Source: Podarcis pityusensis (taxonomy: Eukaryota). From it: 64,000 nucleotides of DNA. Below the pieces are notes generated by a model that had not been told where the DNA came from, did not search any database, and worked only from the letters and a program-made list of their open reading frames with translations. Positions 1 to 10,913 of this stretch are shown here, one piece after another. Both the position numbers and the translations under genes were made by a program. Where the stretch lies: NCBI GenBank assembly GCA_964106645.2, contig OZ067044.1. One strand, given 5' to 3'. Within the stretch, counting starts at the first letter, position 1. Each line of letters starts with the position of its first letter.

Positions 1-33
1 GAGTTGGCAAGGGAGGCCCGGCTGGCGGGCGCC

Positions 34-52
34 ACAGCGCCCCCTGTCTGCG
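34..52 (-). promoter_or_regulatory. CTCF-like motif in promoter
   Basis: Reverse strand reads GCAGACAGGGGGCGCTGT, close to the CTCF core CCASYAGRKGGCRSY. Confidence 0.55.
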
Positions 53-795
53 CTCCGCGCGCGCTCCGCGGCGAAAGCAGCAAATGGCTCTGGATTCGCG
101 AGCTCCTTTGTGTGGAGCACACTCGCAGCGAAGCGGCCGAGGCGCACGCCGGCTGCCTCCTCTCCGCCCTGCCGCCAGCGACGCGGGGCAGCCCTGCCGG
201 AGCCGGGGGTCCGCCTCAGTCCGAAACCCAGCGGCTCGACGGTAGCTAGCGGGGGCTGGTGCTTCCCCCCCCCCGGGCTCTCTCCCTTGACTCCTCTCGA
301 GGCGGGGAAATAAAGACCTCCGAAATAAAGCCGCTGAAAAGAGAGCGGAGAGAGCGAGCGAGAGGGCGCGGGCTGGGCAGGGAGAGGCGAGGGCGCCAAC
401 TCTCCTCAGGCGCAGCGCGGTCCTGGGCTGCTTCGGCGAGCGGCGCGTGTGGGGACAACGGAACTCCTCGAAGTTACCTGCCCGGCCGTGAGAGAGAGAG
501 AGAGAGGAGGCGGCTTTTGCCTCAGGTAGCCGTCGCCGCGCCCGGCAAGACCGGTGCTTTTCGGAAGAGTTTCTCTTCCCTCCCACCAGCCCTTCTTCTC
601 TTTTACAAACCGCAAACGGATGTGAGGCGGGGAAGGTGTTTCTTTCCCACCCCCCTCCTGCTTCTCCTCAGGCACCTCAGTTTTCAGGGGTTTCCCCGCC
701 CCCCGCTTTCTCTCTCGCTCTCTCGTTTTGTTTTGTTTTGCCTGAAAGCCGACACGAAGCGGGAAGACGAGGAGTTTGCTTGATGTTTTAGTGCG

Positions 796-930
796 ATGGA
801 CGTACGGTTTTACTCGCCGCCGCCTCAGCCGCCGCCTCAGCAGCCGCCGCCGCCCTCGCAGTCCGCCGCCGCTCCGGAGACCCCTTGCCTGGGACCTTCT
901 CCTTGCCTGGACCCCTACTACTGCAACAAG
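796..930 (+). CDS. TOX: TOX coding exon 1 (45 codons, phase-0 intron follows)
   Basis: Translates MDVRFYSPPPQPPPQQPPPPSQSAAAPETPCLGPSPCLDPYYCNK. This matches the recalled human TOX N-terminus (MDVRFYPPPAQPAAAPDAPCLGPSPCLDPYYCNK) rather than TOX3 (MDVRFYPAAAGDPASLDF). Good Kozak context (gcgATGG). Similarity stops exactly at AAG|GT (931). Confidence 0.96.
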
Positions 931-1085
931 GTGATTCGGCGTGAGGGGGGGCCCTGGCTACCCCCACCCCACCCTCTTCTTTCCTCGAAGGGAGTTTGGC
1001 TTGGTTGGCAGATGGCTGGGCAGCTTGAGCGAGACTTGGAGCGGGGCAGGTTGCAGGCTGGAGCCAAAGGCACCACCAGCGCCCT

Positions 1086-1109
1086 GTGTGTGTGTGTGTG
1101 TGTGTGTGT
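1086..1109 (+). repeat. (TG)n microsatellite
   Basis: About 12 TG units. Confidence 0.95.
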
Positions 1110-3388
1110 CTGCTTGCCTTGCCGTTGTGCAATGTTTGTGTTGTGCGCGACGGCGGGGGAGGCAACTGGGCGCTTTTGCGAAGCCCCTCTCGGCCTGTTG
1201 TGTGGGGTGGCCTGGGCGCCTTCAAAATGCAAATCCATGAATTGGCCGAGGGAGGGAGGGGGAGGGAGAGAGAAAGCCGCCTCAGACTCGCAGCCCTTAC
1301 TCGTGAGTAAGTCCCATGGCAGTTTATGGAGAATCCAACGTAGTCCCGGGACTGCAGCCCTGCCTAAGCGCAGAGTCTTTTTTCAAGTGCCCCCCCCCCC
1401 CCCGCTTGGGATGCTCATGCGGGAGATTTAAATTCACCCCTCTTTTGGGTGTTACTTTAGGGGAGGGAGACTCGAAGGACAAAGCGTGGTCAGATCGCAG
1501 GCTGGACAGGGTTGGGGTGGGTGGGTGGGGGACTGGGGGGGGGGTTCCAAATTGCAGAAGCGTGGCAAGTTTAGTATCGAATAGAAGGAAGCCCAGAATC
1601 AAACTGCACCCATACCCTTTATAACTTGATTCAGCGCCATCAGAACAAGTTTTCTCCTAAGTAGGAAAGACGAGGCGGAATTTGCAAAGCCCTGGGCAGG
1701 GCAGAAAGAGAGTGGAGTGTACTGCTCAAGAGTTTCGCGGGACTTATTCCAAGTATGTGTGCATAGGGTTGCAGTCCGGGGCGTCGTCTTCTCCTGTCTG
1801 GTTTTGTGCTACAATCTTTAACGCTTAAGGCTTCTGCCCCAGAACTTCAGGGCCACTGATTCCTTATTTTCCACATTCTTTTTTTCTCCCTGGCTTCAGC
1901 CAGCTGCTAATACTACTATGCAAGATGTGCAACTCCCCCCACCCTCCTCTGTTGTAGAATGGGCAGTGCTGGCCATAGGAAATAATCAGGAAGTGCAAGC
2001 TTTCCAAAACACTCCCCCAGGAGGGGAGAGAAACAGAACTGCGAGCAAGCATTGGTAGTAAGATTTGTTTAAACCTGGGTGCCTGTTAAGCTTTTGTTTA
2101 AGCGCATAGTCTGGAAGGCTGGAGCTTTTGCAGGCAGCACCAGATCTTTTTGTGCATGTGCCATATAAACTCCTCATCTGACTAAGCAGCACCTGGCTAT
2201 TCCTTGCTTGTTGGTGATTCTGTGCTTGGTTTGATTTGCAACAGAGAAGGCATTAAGGATGCCCTTTTACAAAAGGGGAGTGTGTTCACTTTATGTTCGA
2301 AAGTGGAGTGTGGGCATAAGCCCTGGGGTTTTTGTCTGTTGTCACCGGTGTGTTTGTGTTTAGGAGCTATTTCAAGTGTTTGTCTAAGGCAAATTGCACC
2401 TAGACATAGTGCTGTAAATACAGACTTCTGTTTGTTTTAAGAACACAAACTGTTGCACTATGATAAAGACCCATTCACTTTTCAGGAAATATTTCCTGTA
2501 TGATATCATCTGTCATTCATTATTTGAGGAACCCTGATGAGGACAAGACTTAAGAGTGTCCTAACATCTTAAACTTGGAGCTTGATGGCAGAAATTCATT
2601 AGGTAGATTTGTGTACAGTGATCATCTGGGCTGCAGCACTTGGACTTTTAATTGTTACAATCAAGTAAAACCCTTCCTTTGAAAAAGTTACCTCTTTTAT
2701 AAAGAAAGAAAGAAAAGACTGAAGTTTGGATAGCAGGAATGAACCCTGTATATGTGCCAGGCTGTTTATGTGCTGAGGCTTCTTAAGTATTGAGCAATGA
2801 TGATTATAGAACTACTTTCACTCTGTGACTTGCTACTATAAAATATAATCTCGATTATCTTTTATTGTGAATTGTAAGCCTGCCATGCTGAAAAGTAAAG
2901 AAGCATTGGGTAGAATTAATGACATAAGCGCCAAAGTGCCTGAAGAGCCATTTGGCAATGAAAACTGGACGAACGGTTATTAAATCTATCAGTGATTTAA
3001 AGCTTCAAAAAGAAGGTAATGACTTGAATACATATTTCGCTCATCATACTCAAGATGGTGAGCCAGATTTAATTTAAAAGTTAAATGCTTTGGAAAATCA
3101 GGAATTACGTTAATATATTAAATCATTTTCCAATTAAGTGCTTTAAATCATTTTGGGTGGCTATCATTTCTGATTGAATAAATTAATTTAGAAAGCTTCC
3201 CCCCTTCTCTGTTTGCCCTATGTTCCTAGTCAGTTTTTTATTTGCCACCCCCCCCCCCCCCGAAAAAACCTGGTTAAGTCCAAGCATAAAGAAGCAAACT
3301 TCTTTTGACTGTGAAAATGAGGCACTCTATTTAACTTAGTCAGGACTGATAATGGATTTCAGAAATGCTCAGTTGTAAGACTGCTCTG

Positions 3389-3430
3389 TTCTTCTTTCTT
3401 TCTTTCTTTCTTTCTTTCTTTTTCTTTTTC
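3389..3430 (+). repeat. (TTTC)n microsatellite
   Basis: ttctttctttctttc... run. Confidence 0.9.
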
Positions 3431-5119
3431 TAAGCTTAGGAATGACATACCAGGAATGTTTCTTGTAAAACAACATTCTTCAAGCAATGTATATCTCTGT
3501 CAAACAGCCCTGCCAATGACCATTGATTATAGAAAATGGACTTAGAGTAGCTTTGCTGGCTGGGCCCCTATGAGGCATGTGTTGACTGAACATCTCATTT
3601 TCCTCCAGTCCCTCAGCCCCATCTATCCAGGCTGATTAACGTTGTTATAAAGCCTTAACTTTATGTGTGCTGTTGTTCTTGGGTACAAAGAACATTTTTA
3701 TGAACAGCTGTTGGATAATTTCCCCCCTAAATGCTGCATCATCTTCAGCAGATTTTATGAGTACAGATGCAATGGGAAGCCCTATAACCTAGAACACTAA
3801 TAGCAGACATGCCTGTGTTCACAGTTTCCTCTGAACTTTCAAGCTGATTCGACATTGCAGGGCAAACTTGTTTGCTTTGTATAAACTGTACTATAACTGC
3901 ATTTACTTCAGAGTGATCCCTTTTAAGCCAGTAGAGTGGATCACAGTCTTAAACTTGTTTGAAATGATTGGCAATCAATCAGTGATCCTCGGGTGCAGGT
4001 CTTCTGACATACAATGTCATAGTTCATGTGTAGTATAAGAGTTGGCCGTATCCACATACGTTTGTGGCGCAAGTTAAAACGAATCACCCTTGGCCATGTT
4101 TTAAATAACATACAATAGCATAGATCTTTCTGCTCTGCTGATTTTTCTGTTGGCTGTCTTTGTTTCAAAAGATGACTGAGGTCTTTATAAACTTAAAAAT
4201 AATGTCCCGAAACATTTTAGTTGGCCATTGCCATGTTTTGCCTTTCTGCATAGTGTGCTTTGTACGTATTGTATTGGATCATGTTTCTTTCCCATCAAAA
4301 CCTCAGAGGGAGAAAAGTGAAAGAACAATGCAAACAATGTTGGTTATGGCAACTGTGTGAGGTATCTCTTGTACAAACAGAGAGAATGGATGGTATGCTG
4401 CTGTATATAGGTCAGCCTCTGAAATAACATAGTGAAGCTCATAGGCTGGGCAGGCAGATTTAGACTTGAGGTAATATGGTTTACCTCTGAAACTTCCAGG
4501 AGAGCTGTTTAGGGATGGAAGCCTAGATCCTCATAACTTAAATTTCCCTGGAAACAATTCTGTTGTTATATGCACAGGGCATGAGCACAGCAGTAAAATA
4601 ACCCACTAGCCTTCTGCTGTTTAGAGATGTCATGCCTTTAGTTTGAAGATATCCATAAAACCCAGTATTTACTCCTTACATATACTGATTTCTTAAGTAC
4701 TGTGAGTAGACAGTTGCTTATAATTTTTGTAAAGTTGCTGTTATTTTGAGCACAGCTGAACTGTTTAAGTATCTGCTTTAATATGATTTTGTTTTGACAC
4801 TGGTAATAACAGAGATGCTGACTTATGCCAACAACAGGAGGGGCATAATGGCCTTTATGGCTCCCAGTAGCTAGCATTGCAAAATTATGTACGGATTTTC
4901 TCCCACCCCCTGAGATTTACTGGTAAATATATATATGCCCATGGCTCATTTGCTGTTTACTTCTTTATACTTGTCAATGCAGTGGAAAAATACAAGCTGA
5001 TTAGATAGAGAGAGAGAAAAACCTAGACTAAACAAAATGGGGGAAGGGAGCAATGCAACATAAGGAAATGAGTACATAAAACTTATTTGTGGGCAAGTAG
5101 TATTTTAAAACTTCTTTGT

Positions 5120-5195
5120 GACTCCATAGTCAGAAAACCATAGTATTTACAACAAAGATTCTTGTTAGTCTTTAAGGAGCTATAAGACTCTTTGA
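5120..5195 (+). mobile_element. Possible Penelope-like terminal fragment
   Basis: ttgttagtctttaaggagctataagactc resembles the recalled reptile Penelope-type end motif (gttagtctttaaggtgccacaagactc). Confidence 0.35.
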
Positions 5196-5689
5196 TATCT
5201 ATGTTGCAATCTACAACACAGTGCAAAACAACTACCCCTTGGGAAATGTTTATAGTGTTTATTTTACTATTGTATCTTTATCATGCCAAACCAAAACTAA
5301 AATTGAGCTCTTTATAAAATGTCCCAAAAGTGTATCTCTTTCACAAGCATGCTTTGTTTCTGATGCCTGGTAGTCAAACTCCTACTCCCCATTGAATTCT
5401 AGGAGAGTCCCTCAGGAAAACTCTAAAGTGCTTACGTAGCTAATATTTCGAGAAATTTCAACATCTGTGTGGAATCAATTGGGTGTTGAATAAATTTTGT
5501 TCTTTATTGTTTTCTTGAAAGGGTAGTTTTGGGTGCTCGCAGAACATTTTTACTCCATTTTTACTCTTAAAGAGAGAGAAACTGTGCTTGTATTACTGAT
5601 TTGTTGTGTTGATGTTTTTAATAAGCTTTGATACATTTTATGGTACCAGTTAATGGCCACTACTTATCGTGGACAAATTAGATTGCAGT

Positions 5690-5827
5690 ATTCCAAAGAA
5701 GCTCAACAACTTTTGTTCCCCTAAAAAGCTGAACAACTTTGACCTGAACCCCCAAAAAGGGGGTAGATCACTGCCAGTTTTTAACTCTGTGAGTAGATTA
5801 CAGTCTCTTGGGAGTTGGCCACCCCTG
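5690..5827. mobile_element. hAT-type DNA transposon end fragment
   Basis: Ends in gttggccacccctg (reverse CAGGGGTGGCCAAC, an hAT/Charlie-type TIR) and has internal gtagatcac repeats. Confidence 0.55.
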
Positions 5828-6029
5828 ACATAGTGAGTTAGAGTCTCTAATATGTGTGTAATAATGAGTGGCTCAGACCATCACTTTACCTATAAACAGT
5901 GACTTCTGCCAGTCCTCTCTTGGGAAAGGCCTGCACAAAACATATTCTCATGAATGGATTCAGCAGGAGCTCTAGATTCCCATTCATTGCAATTCTTATG
6001 CAGCTGAAATATTTGCTATGTTGACCATG

Positions 6030-6165
6030 TTGAACTAGGACATGGATGAGGCCCTTCAGATGCTGTTGAACTCCAGTTCCCATTAGCTCCAGCCAGACTG
6101 TGGTCAGGAATTATGCGAATTGTAGTCCAGCAACATCCGGAGTCTCACAGGATTCCCAAACCCTG
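6030..6165. mobile_element. Decayed small hAT MITE (actacaactccc-type hairpin family)
   Basis: Same layout as the better-preserved copy at 33394 (cagatg...ttgtagtcc...acatc..gag...ccctg). Confidence 0.55.
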
Positions 6166-7829
6166 GTGTGGGGAAATCAGGATATATTGTGCAGCTTGAC
6201 CTGTCACAGTTTGAGATTTTCAGCTCTTAGGTCCTGATCTTGAAAGACTTGTGTCCTCTGATACCAAAAAGTATTAGATAGCACAGAGCTATTTTCACAG
6301 TTACTTTTTTTAACAAACAAACCACAGAGGTTTTGATAATAATATAACCTAATAAAAATATAACATAATAAAATATATTTAGGCTCCCTACCAAGGATAC
6401 AAACCTAGTAAATGAAATGCCATTGATTCCAATAGACTCTGCTCAGAGGCATGTCTGTTTAGGATTAGAGTCTGAATACTTGCATTAGGTGAGAGACCAG
6501 AATTCCTGAAACTCTATATCCAAGGCTGACACAATAGCACATACTGAATACTCCTAGCACAAGCTTTCCCCTTTCAATCAGGGTTTCACAAACTTTTAAT
6601 AGAAAGTGGGCGTCCATTCTCTTCTATCCATGCTCTTTGTGTCAAAACATATAACGGTGGCAATTTCTGACATTATTATTTTTTTACAAAAGTGATGCTT
6701 GCTCTGTGTGGATGTTTTCATTAAGGAATTGTTATTCATTAAGAAACCTGTTATAAGCTGATCAGTAAATGAGGTTCTCAATGCAAGTGCCAGTAAACAG
6801 TTAATTATAGACAGCGAGACAAGGAATTCGCTTAACCCCAAATGAGATTTTTCTGGTGGTAACATTTTCCCCCTACAACATTGGGCTTGAAAATGGCAAC
6901 CTTGTAATATACTCTGCAATGAAAAGTACATTCCAGTTTGGCAACAGATTAGACAAAAAATTCTGTTCAGCTTGTTGTCTGTGCTGCAATGTTCAGCGTA
7001 AAGTGGATAAATGATCCGGGCTGAAGAGACATCTTTTGTACTTGCATTTTAAATGCCTGTTTGTATGTAGTCCTTTCATGTTCTTTTGTGTATATATATG
7101 CAAATATATAGCTATATATATAGATATATAGTTACTTTCTTCAAATCTACTTTAGTGTATAAACCAAGTGAAGTTTGTTTTTGTATAATTGCTGTGCTCC
7201 AACCTCTTGTCCAACCATTTGATTTTGTTGGTTGTTGGGTCACCAGTCTTGAGATGATTCTGAATAGCTTGCATATTCATATTTGTGTATGAAACATGTT
7301 GGATTACCTTTACAGTAGAAACCAATAGCCAATGATTAGCCAATTTTGTTTAAATTGATGCACACACTATACATATATATTGTAGCTATTGGCTGTGTGT
7401 AATACATCTCACTAGTGTTTAAATAACTACATTGTCTCCTGGTCTATTTCTGAGTACAAATTAGTTACTGCCATTAAACAAACAACTTGGCATGATGGTA
7501 CTGAAGGACTGCCTTCTTCCTCATGGACTGCCTGAATGGTGAAATTCTCCTTGGAGTTCCTTTGCCCACAGAATTGGCCCTGCCATTAGGCATAGTGAAA
7601 TTAAGCTGCCTCAGGCATCTGATTTTGGCTGTCACGAAAGGGCAGCAAATTATTTAATTTATTATTATTATATATTATTATTTTTAAAGAGGGGGGCGAG
7701 GTGCTTGCCAAAATAAGTGGCTGTGGGTACTTTTCACCTTTGAAGCATACCATATCCTGTTCTGTCTCAGACAGCAAAATGTTTGGGACTGGCTTTGTTC
7801 TCTGAGTCCCCAGCCTTTGAAGGTAAGGT

Positions 7830-7990
7830 GGATGGTCTGGCCTTTTCTGTTGAAAGGCCTTTTCTGTGGTGGTGACTCAATTATGGAACAGTATCTCCAG
7901 GGCAGCTTCTTTGTGCTAGTATTCATTGGTTTGTTTGTTTTTTGTTTTATCATCGAGTGAAGACAGTTTTATTTGCTCAGGCCTTTTACA
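7830..7990 (+). mobile_element. Decayed L2-type LINE 3' fragment
   Basis: ggccttttctgttg...ggaacagt...tgaagacagttttatttgctcaggcctttt parallels the RAFS..WN.LP..LK..LF..AF end of the copy at 47838. Confidence 0.5.
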
Positions 7991-8298
7991 TTTGGTGGTT
8001 GTGCTAAGGTACAACTGGTTGTTGTTCATATTGTATTGAATTTTTTGGTCAGCAGTTTAACTACGTAGCATGAATTAATCTGAAAGCCTTTTGACAGAAC
8101 AGCAGGATAGGCAATCTTTGGAATAAGTGAACAAAAGTATCAGTCATTCCTGTCCCTATCACTTCTTTGGCTGGCTTGTCCCATAGACCGTAATGCCACT
8201 GAATACAACAGCAACTTGTCATGAGAAGTCCTGTATCAGTTTCGCCCCTCAGTACTGCCACCTTGTTTATTCAGTACATAGGCCTTTCTCAGGACTGT

Positions 8299-8430
8299 AC
8301 ACACCATACATTTAAACCACTGGGAGCTGTAGTTTACCCTTCACAGAGCTACAGTGCCCAGTACCCTTAACAACCTATAATTCCAATGATTCTTTGGGTA
8401 AGTCATGTGCTTTAAATGTGTGATGCTTAC
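8299..8430. mobile_element. Palindromic MITE
   Basis: Inverted ends: cacaccatacatttaa... and ...tttaaatgtgtgatg. Confidence 0.55.
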
Positions 8431-8636
8431 ACAGCCTCTGTCTCCTTTGCCCAACATTCTCTGCTTTTCAGTTAATAGTCTTCCATCTCTCAGCCACCAC
8501 ATCCTGACTTTAAACCTCCTTCTTAGCCCTCTGCTTTGACATTGCCCAGCACTTCTGTCCTCCCTTCCTATCTTATCCCTCAAAGCTGCATAAGCTATGG
8601 ATTGGCAACTGGTCCAGATACCATTGGACTCTAATG

Positions 8637-8874
8637 CAGGGGTAGGCAACCTAAGGCCCATGGGCCGAATGCGGCCCAATTGCCTTCTCAATCCGCACGG
8701 TCCGGGAATCAGCATGTTTTTACATGAGTAGAATGTGTCCTTTTATTTAAAATGCATCTCTGGGTTATTTGTGGGGCATAGGAATTTGTTCATCGCCCCC
8801 CAATATATTCTGCCCACCACATGGTCTGAGGGACAGTCGACTGGCCCATGGTTGAAAAAGGTTGCTGACCCCTG
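8637..8874 (+). mobile_element. Non-autonomous hAT transposon (MITE, ~240 bp)
   Basis: TIRs CAGGGGTAGGCAACCT / AGGTTGCTGACCCCTG with a perfect 8-bp TSD CTCTAATG (8629-8636 and 8875-8882). Confidence 0.92.
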
Positions 8875-9594
8875 CTCTAATGTCTATCAGCCCCAGGTGG
8901 TGTAATCAGGGATGAAGGGAGTTGTCATCTAACAACATCTGGAGGGCCACAGGCAGCTTACACTGGCATTAACTTTTCCTGCAGTGAGCCTTGTGTAAAG
9001 GTTTCAGTGATGTGAGCCAGATAATTTTCTAGTACTTTTATTTTCCATGGGAAATTTTCCATTTCTTAAATTCATTAGTAATTCTGTCAACATCTAATAC
9101 CATATTGGGCAGGCTTGGAAGCTTTTAACTTCGTTGACTAACTAGAACTACAATAAACATGCTAAATTAGATAACTATCAAGAGCATCGGAAAAAATTCG
9201 TGTGCAAACGGATTCTTTTCTGAGGCATCGGGTGGGGGAGGGGGGATCCAATTCTTCAAAAAAGAAGCCCACATCACTGGAAGGTTTCTCTGTTTTCCTA
9301 TCTTCTCCCTAGTATTCTTATCCTGTCTCTAAGCTATGTATTTCCTCAGCTAAACCTAACCTCCTAGAAAATGCCTCACTCCACACAACCCCAAGCTGTC
9401 TGGGGCACAAATGGTAGGAGGGAAATAGGACAGGCAAAACAAGAACAACCAAAAAAACCTGTGTACTATTTGTATACTTAATTTGTTGAAGTCACTTATA
9501 TCCAATTCAGCATTGTTTTCAAAGGTATATAAGGTACTGGCAACATACAGGGATTTACTGTATGTGTAACTTGTGTCCAAGGTGGGCCAGTGCA

Positions 9595-9760
9595 CAGTGG
9601 TGGAGGAAGAGGAGTGGGGGGGAGCGCCCCGCCCCCGACAGCACGACCCCCAGGGTGCCATCGCAGCTGCTCCCCCTGTCCGTACTGGGTGCCCCGCCCC
9701 CCACAGGTGACGTGTCCTGCCCCCAGGACCCACCCCCGCCTGCTCTCCGCCACTGCCAGT
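9595..9760. promoter_or_regulatory. GC-rich intronic island, candidate enhancer
   Basis: Isolated CpG-containing patch with CCCCGCCCC GC boxes, E-boxes CAGCTG (9664) and CAGGTG (9704), TGACGT, GAGGAA and a CTCF-like motif. Confidence 0.5.
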
Positions 9761-10771
9761 GCATACTGTAGTTCATGTAATGGGTTTCTCAACATTCGGA
9801 CGGAATGCCTCCATTGTGCATGTAATGGGCAAATGGTAGAGTCCTTCTTCTTTTCCTTATTGAAACTGATACTATCGAAAGAGGGATACACTGTTTGTGT
9901 GGAAACAGCAATACCAGGGTATAGGCATCCTGCATATGGTGGGTCTGTCTGTGCTAAGGATCAAAGGCTTCCCCTCACTCATTCCAGCTTTCTCTCTACT
10001 TGTGCTCACTTTCTCACTGTTTTCCACAATAGAGGAGCATAGGACGCTATCCATATCTAGCATGCCTACTTGATTATTTTGGACACTAGTCTTCCTGCTG
10101 TGCTCGAAGAGAAGTTGATGTCCCTGCTGTCATTAGATGGGGAAAGGGATTTGGTATAAGAACATGAATTTCATTTCTTTTTTCTGCTGTGGTCAGTGCT
10201 GAGGTAATCCATTGGTGTGTCATCTAGGGCAGTGAGGGTCAGAAGATACAGTGGGATCATCGTCTACTGGTAGAACTTTGGGTGATTTGCAATAGAATGG
10301 AAGGATTTCTGCCCCCTAATTGCTAAACAAGAGCAATACACCAAAATGATCCTTCTCCAAATTAGACTGCTGAAGTGAAAAAAAGATTTGAATAACCAGG
10401 AATGGATTTTTTGTGAAAGGACTGTGAGTTCAGCTTATTTCTGGTACTCAAAGCAAATCCTTGTGCTCAGTAGCTGCTCAGAGGAAGGCTCCATGTTCTT
10501 GGATATTCCTTTGGAGCAGGCTACACACACACAGAGGAGGATCACTTTGTCTAATCCATGTAGAATTTGATTTATCGTTATAAAACATACATAAAGGGAG
10601 AAAAGAACTATCATTTTACAGGTTTCTGTGTTATATATTGTGGTTAGGCTGAGTGGTATCCTGCGTGTTCTCATCCATTAGAGTGTCCTCTCATTCACTA
10701 GTTAGTTTCACTTTGTAAGCTTAAAGATTTCATACTCAGGGTCTCTTAACAGTTAAGGCATAGTTAATCTG

Positions 10772-10913
10772 TGTGGGGTAGCCAACATAATGCCGTACAG
10801 ATGATATTGGACTATAGCTCTCATCAGCTCTAGCCATCATGGCCAATGGCCAAGGATGATAAGAGATGTAGTCCAAGAGATGTATACGGAGGGCATCATG
10901 TTGATTACTCCTG
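10772..10913. mobile_element. Decayed small hAT MITE
   Basis: ggggtagccaacat...atgttgattactcctg inverted ends with an internal ggactatagctc / gatgtagtcc hairpin. Confidence 0.65.

Larger units (their letters stand above)
1..1250. promoter_or_regulatory. TOX: CpG island covering TOX promoter, 5'UTR, exon 1 and start of intron 1
   Basis: Very GC-rich and CpG-dense (cgcgcgc, gccgccg runs), in contrast to the CpG-depleted AT-rich remainder. It surrounds the TOX start codon. The TSS cannot be located from sequence alone. Confidence 0.9.

Noticed and set aside
307-330. Twin gaaataaag (AATAAA) motifs as a polyadenylation site
   Set aside because: They lie in a promoter CpG island with no upstream gene or GU-rich downstream element visible.
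4-1240. Overlapping ORFs on both strands in the first 1.2 kb (e.g. 259-783, 788-1225)
   Set aside because: Stop-poor GC-rich island, mostly non-ATG starts, low-complexity translations with no recognisable domain.
796-1431. 211-aa ORF as a complete protein
   Set aside because: TOX similarity ends at the donor at 930. The rest is intron read-through that includes a (TG)n repeat.
9356-10042. Several 70-150 aa ORFs around the GC patch
   Set aside because: By-products of local GC richness, with no recognisable protein or exon structure.
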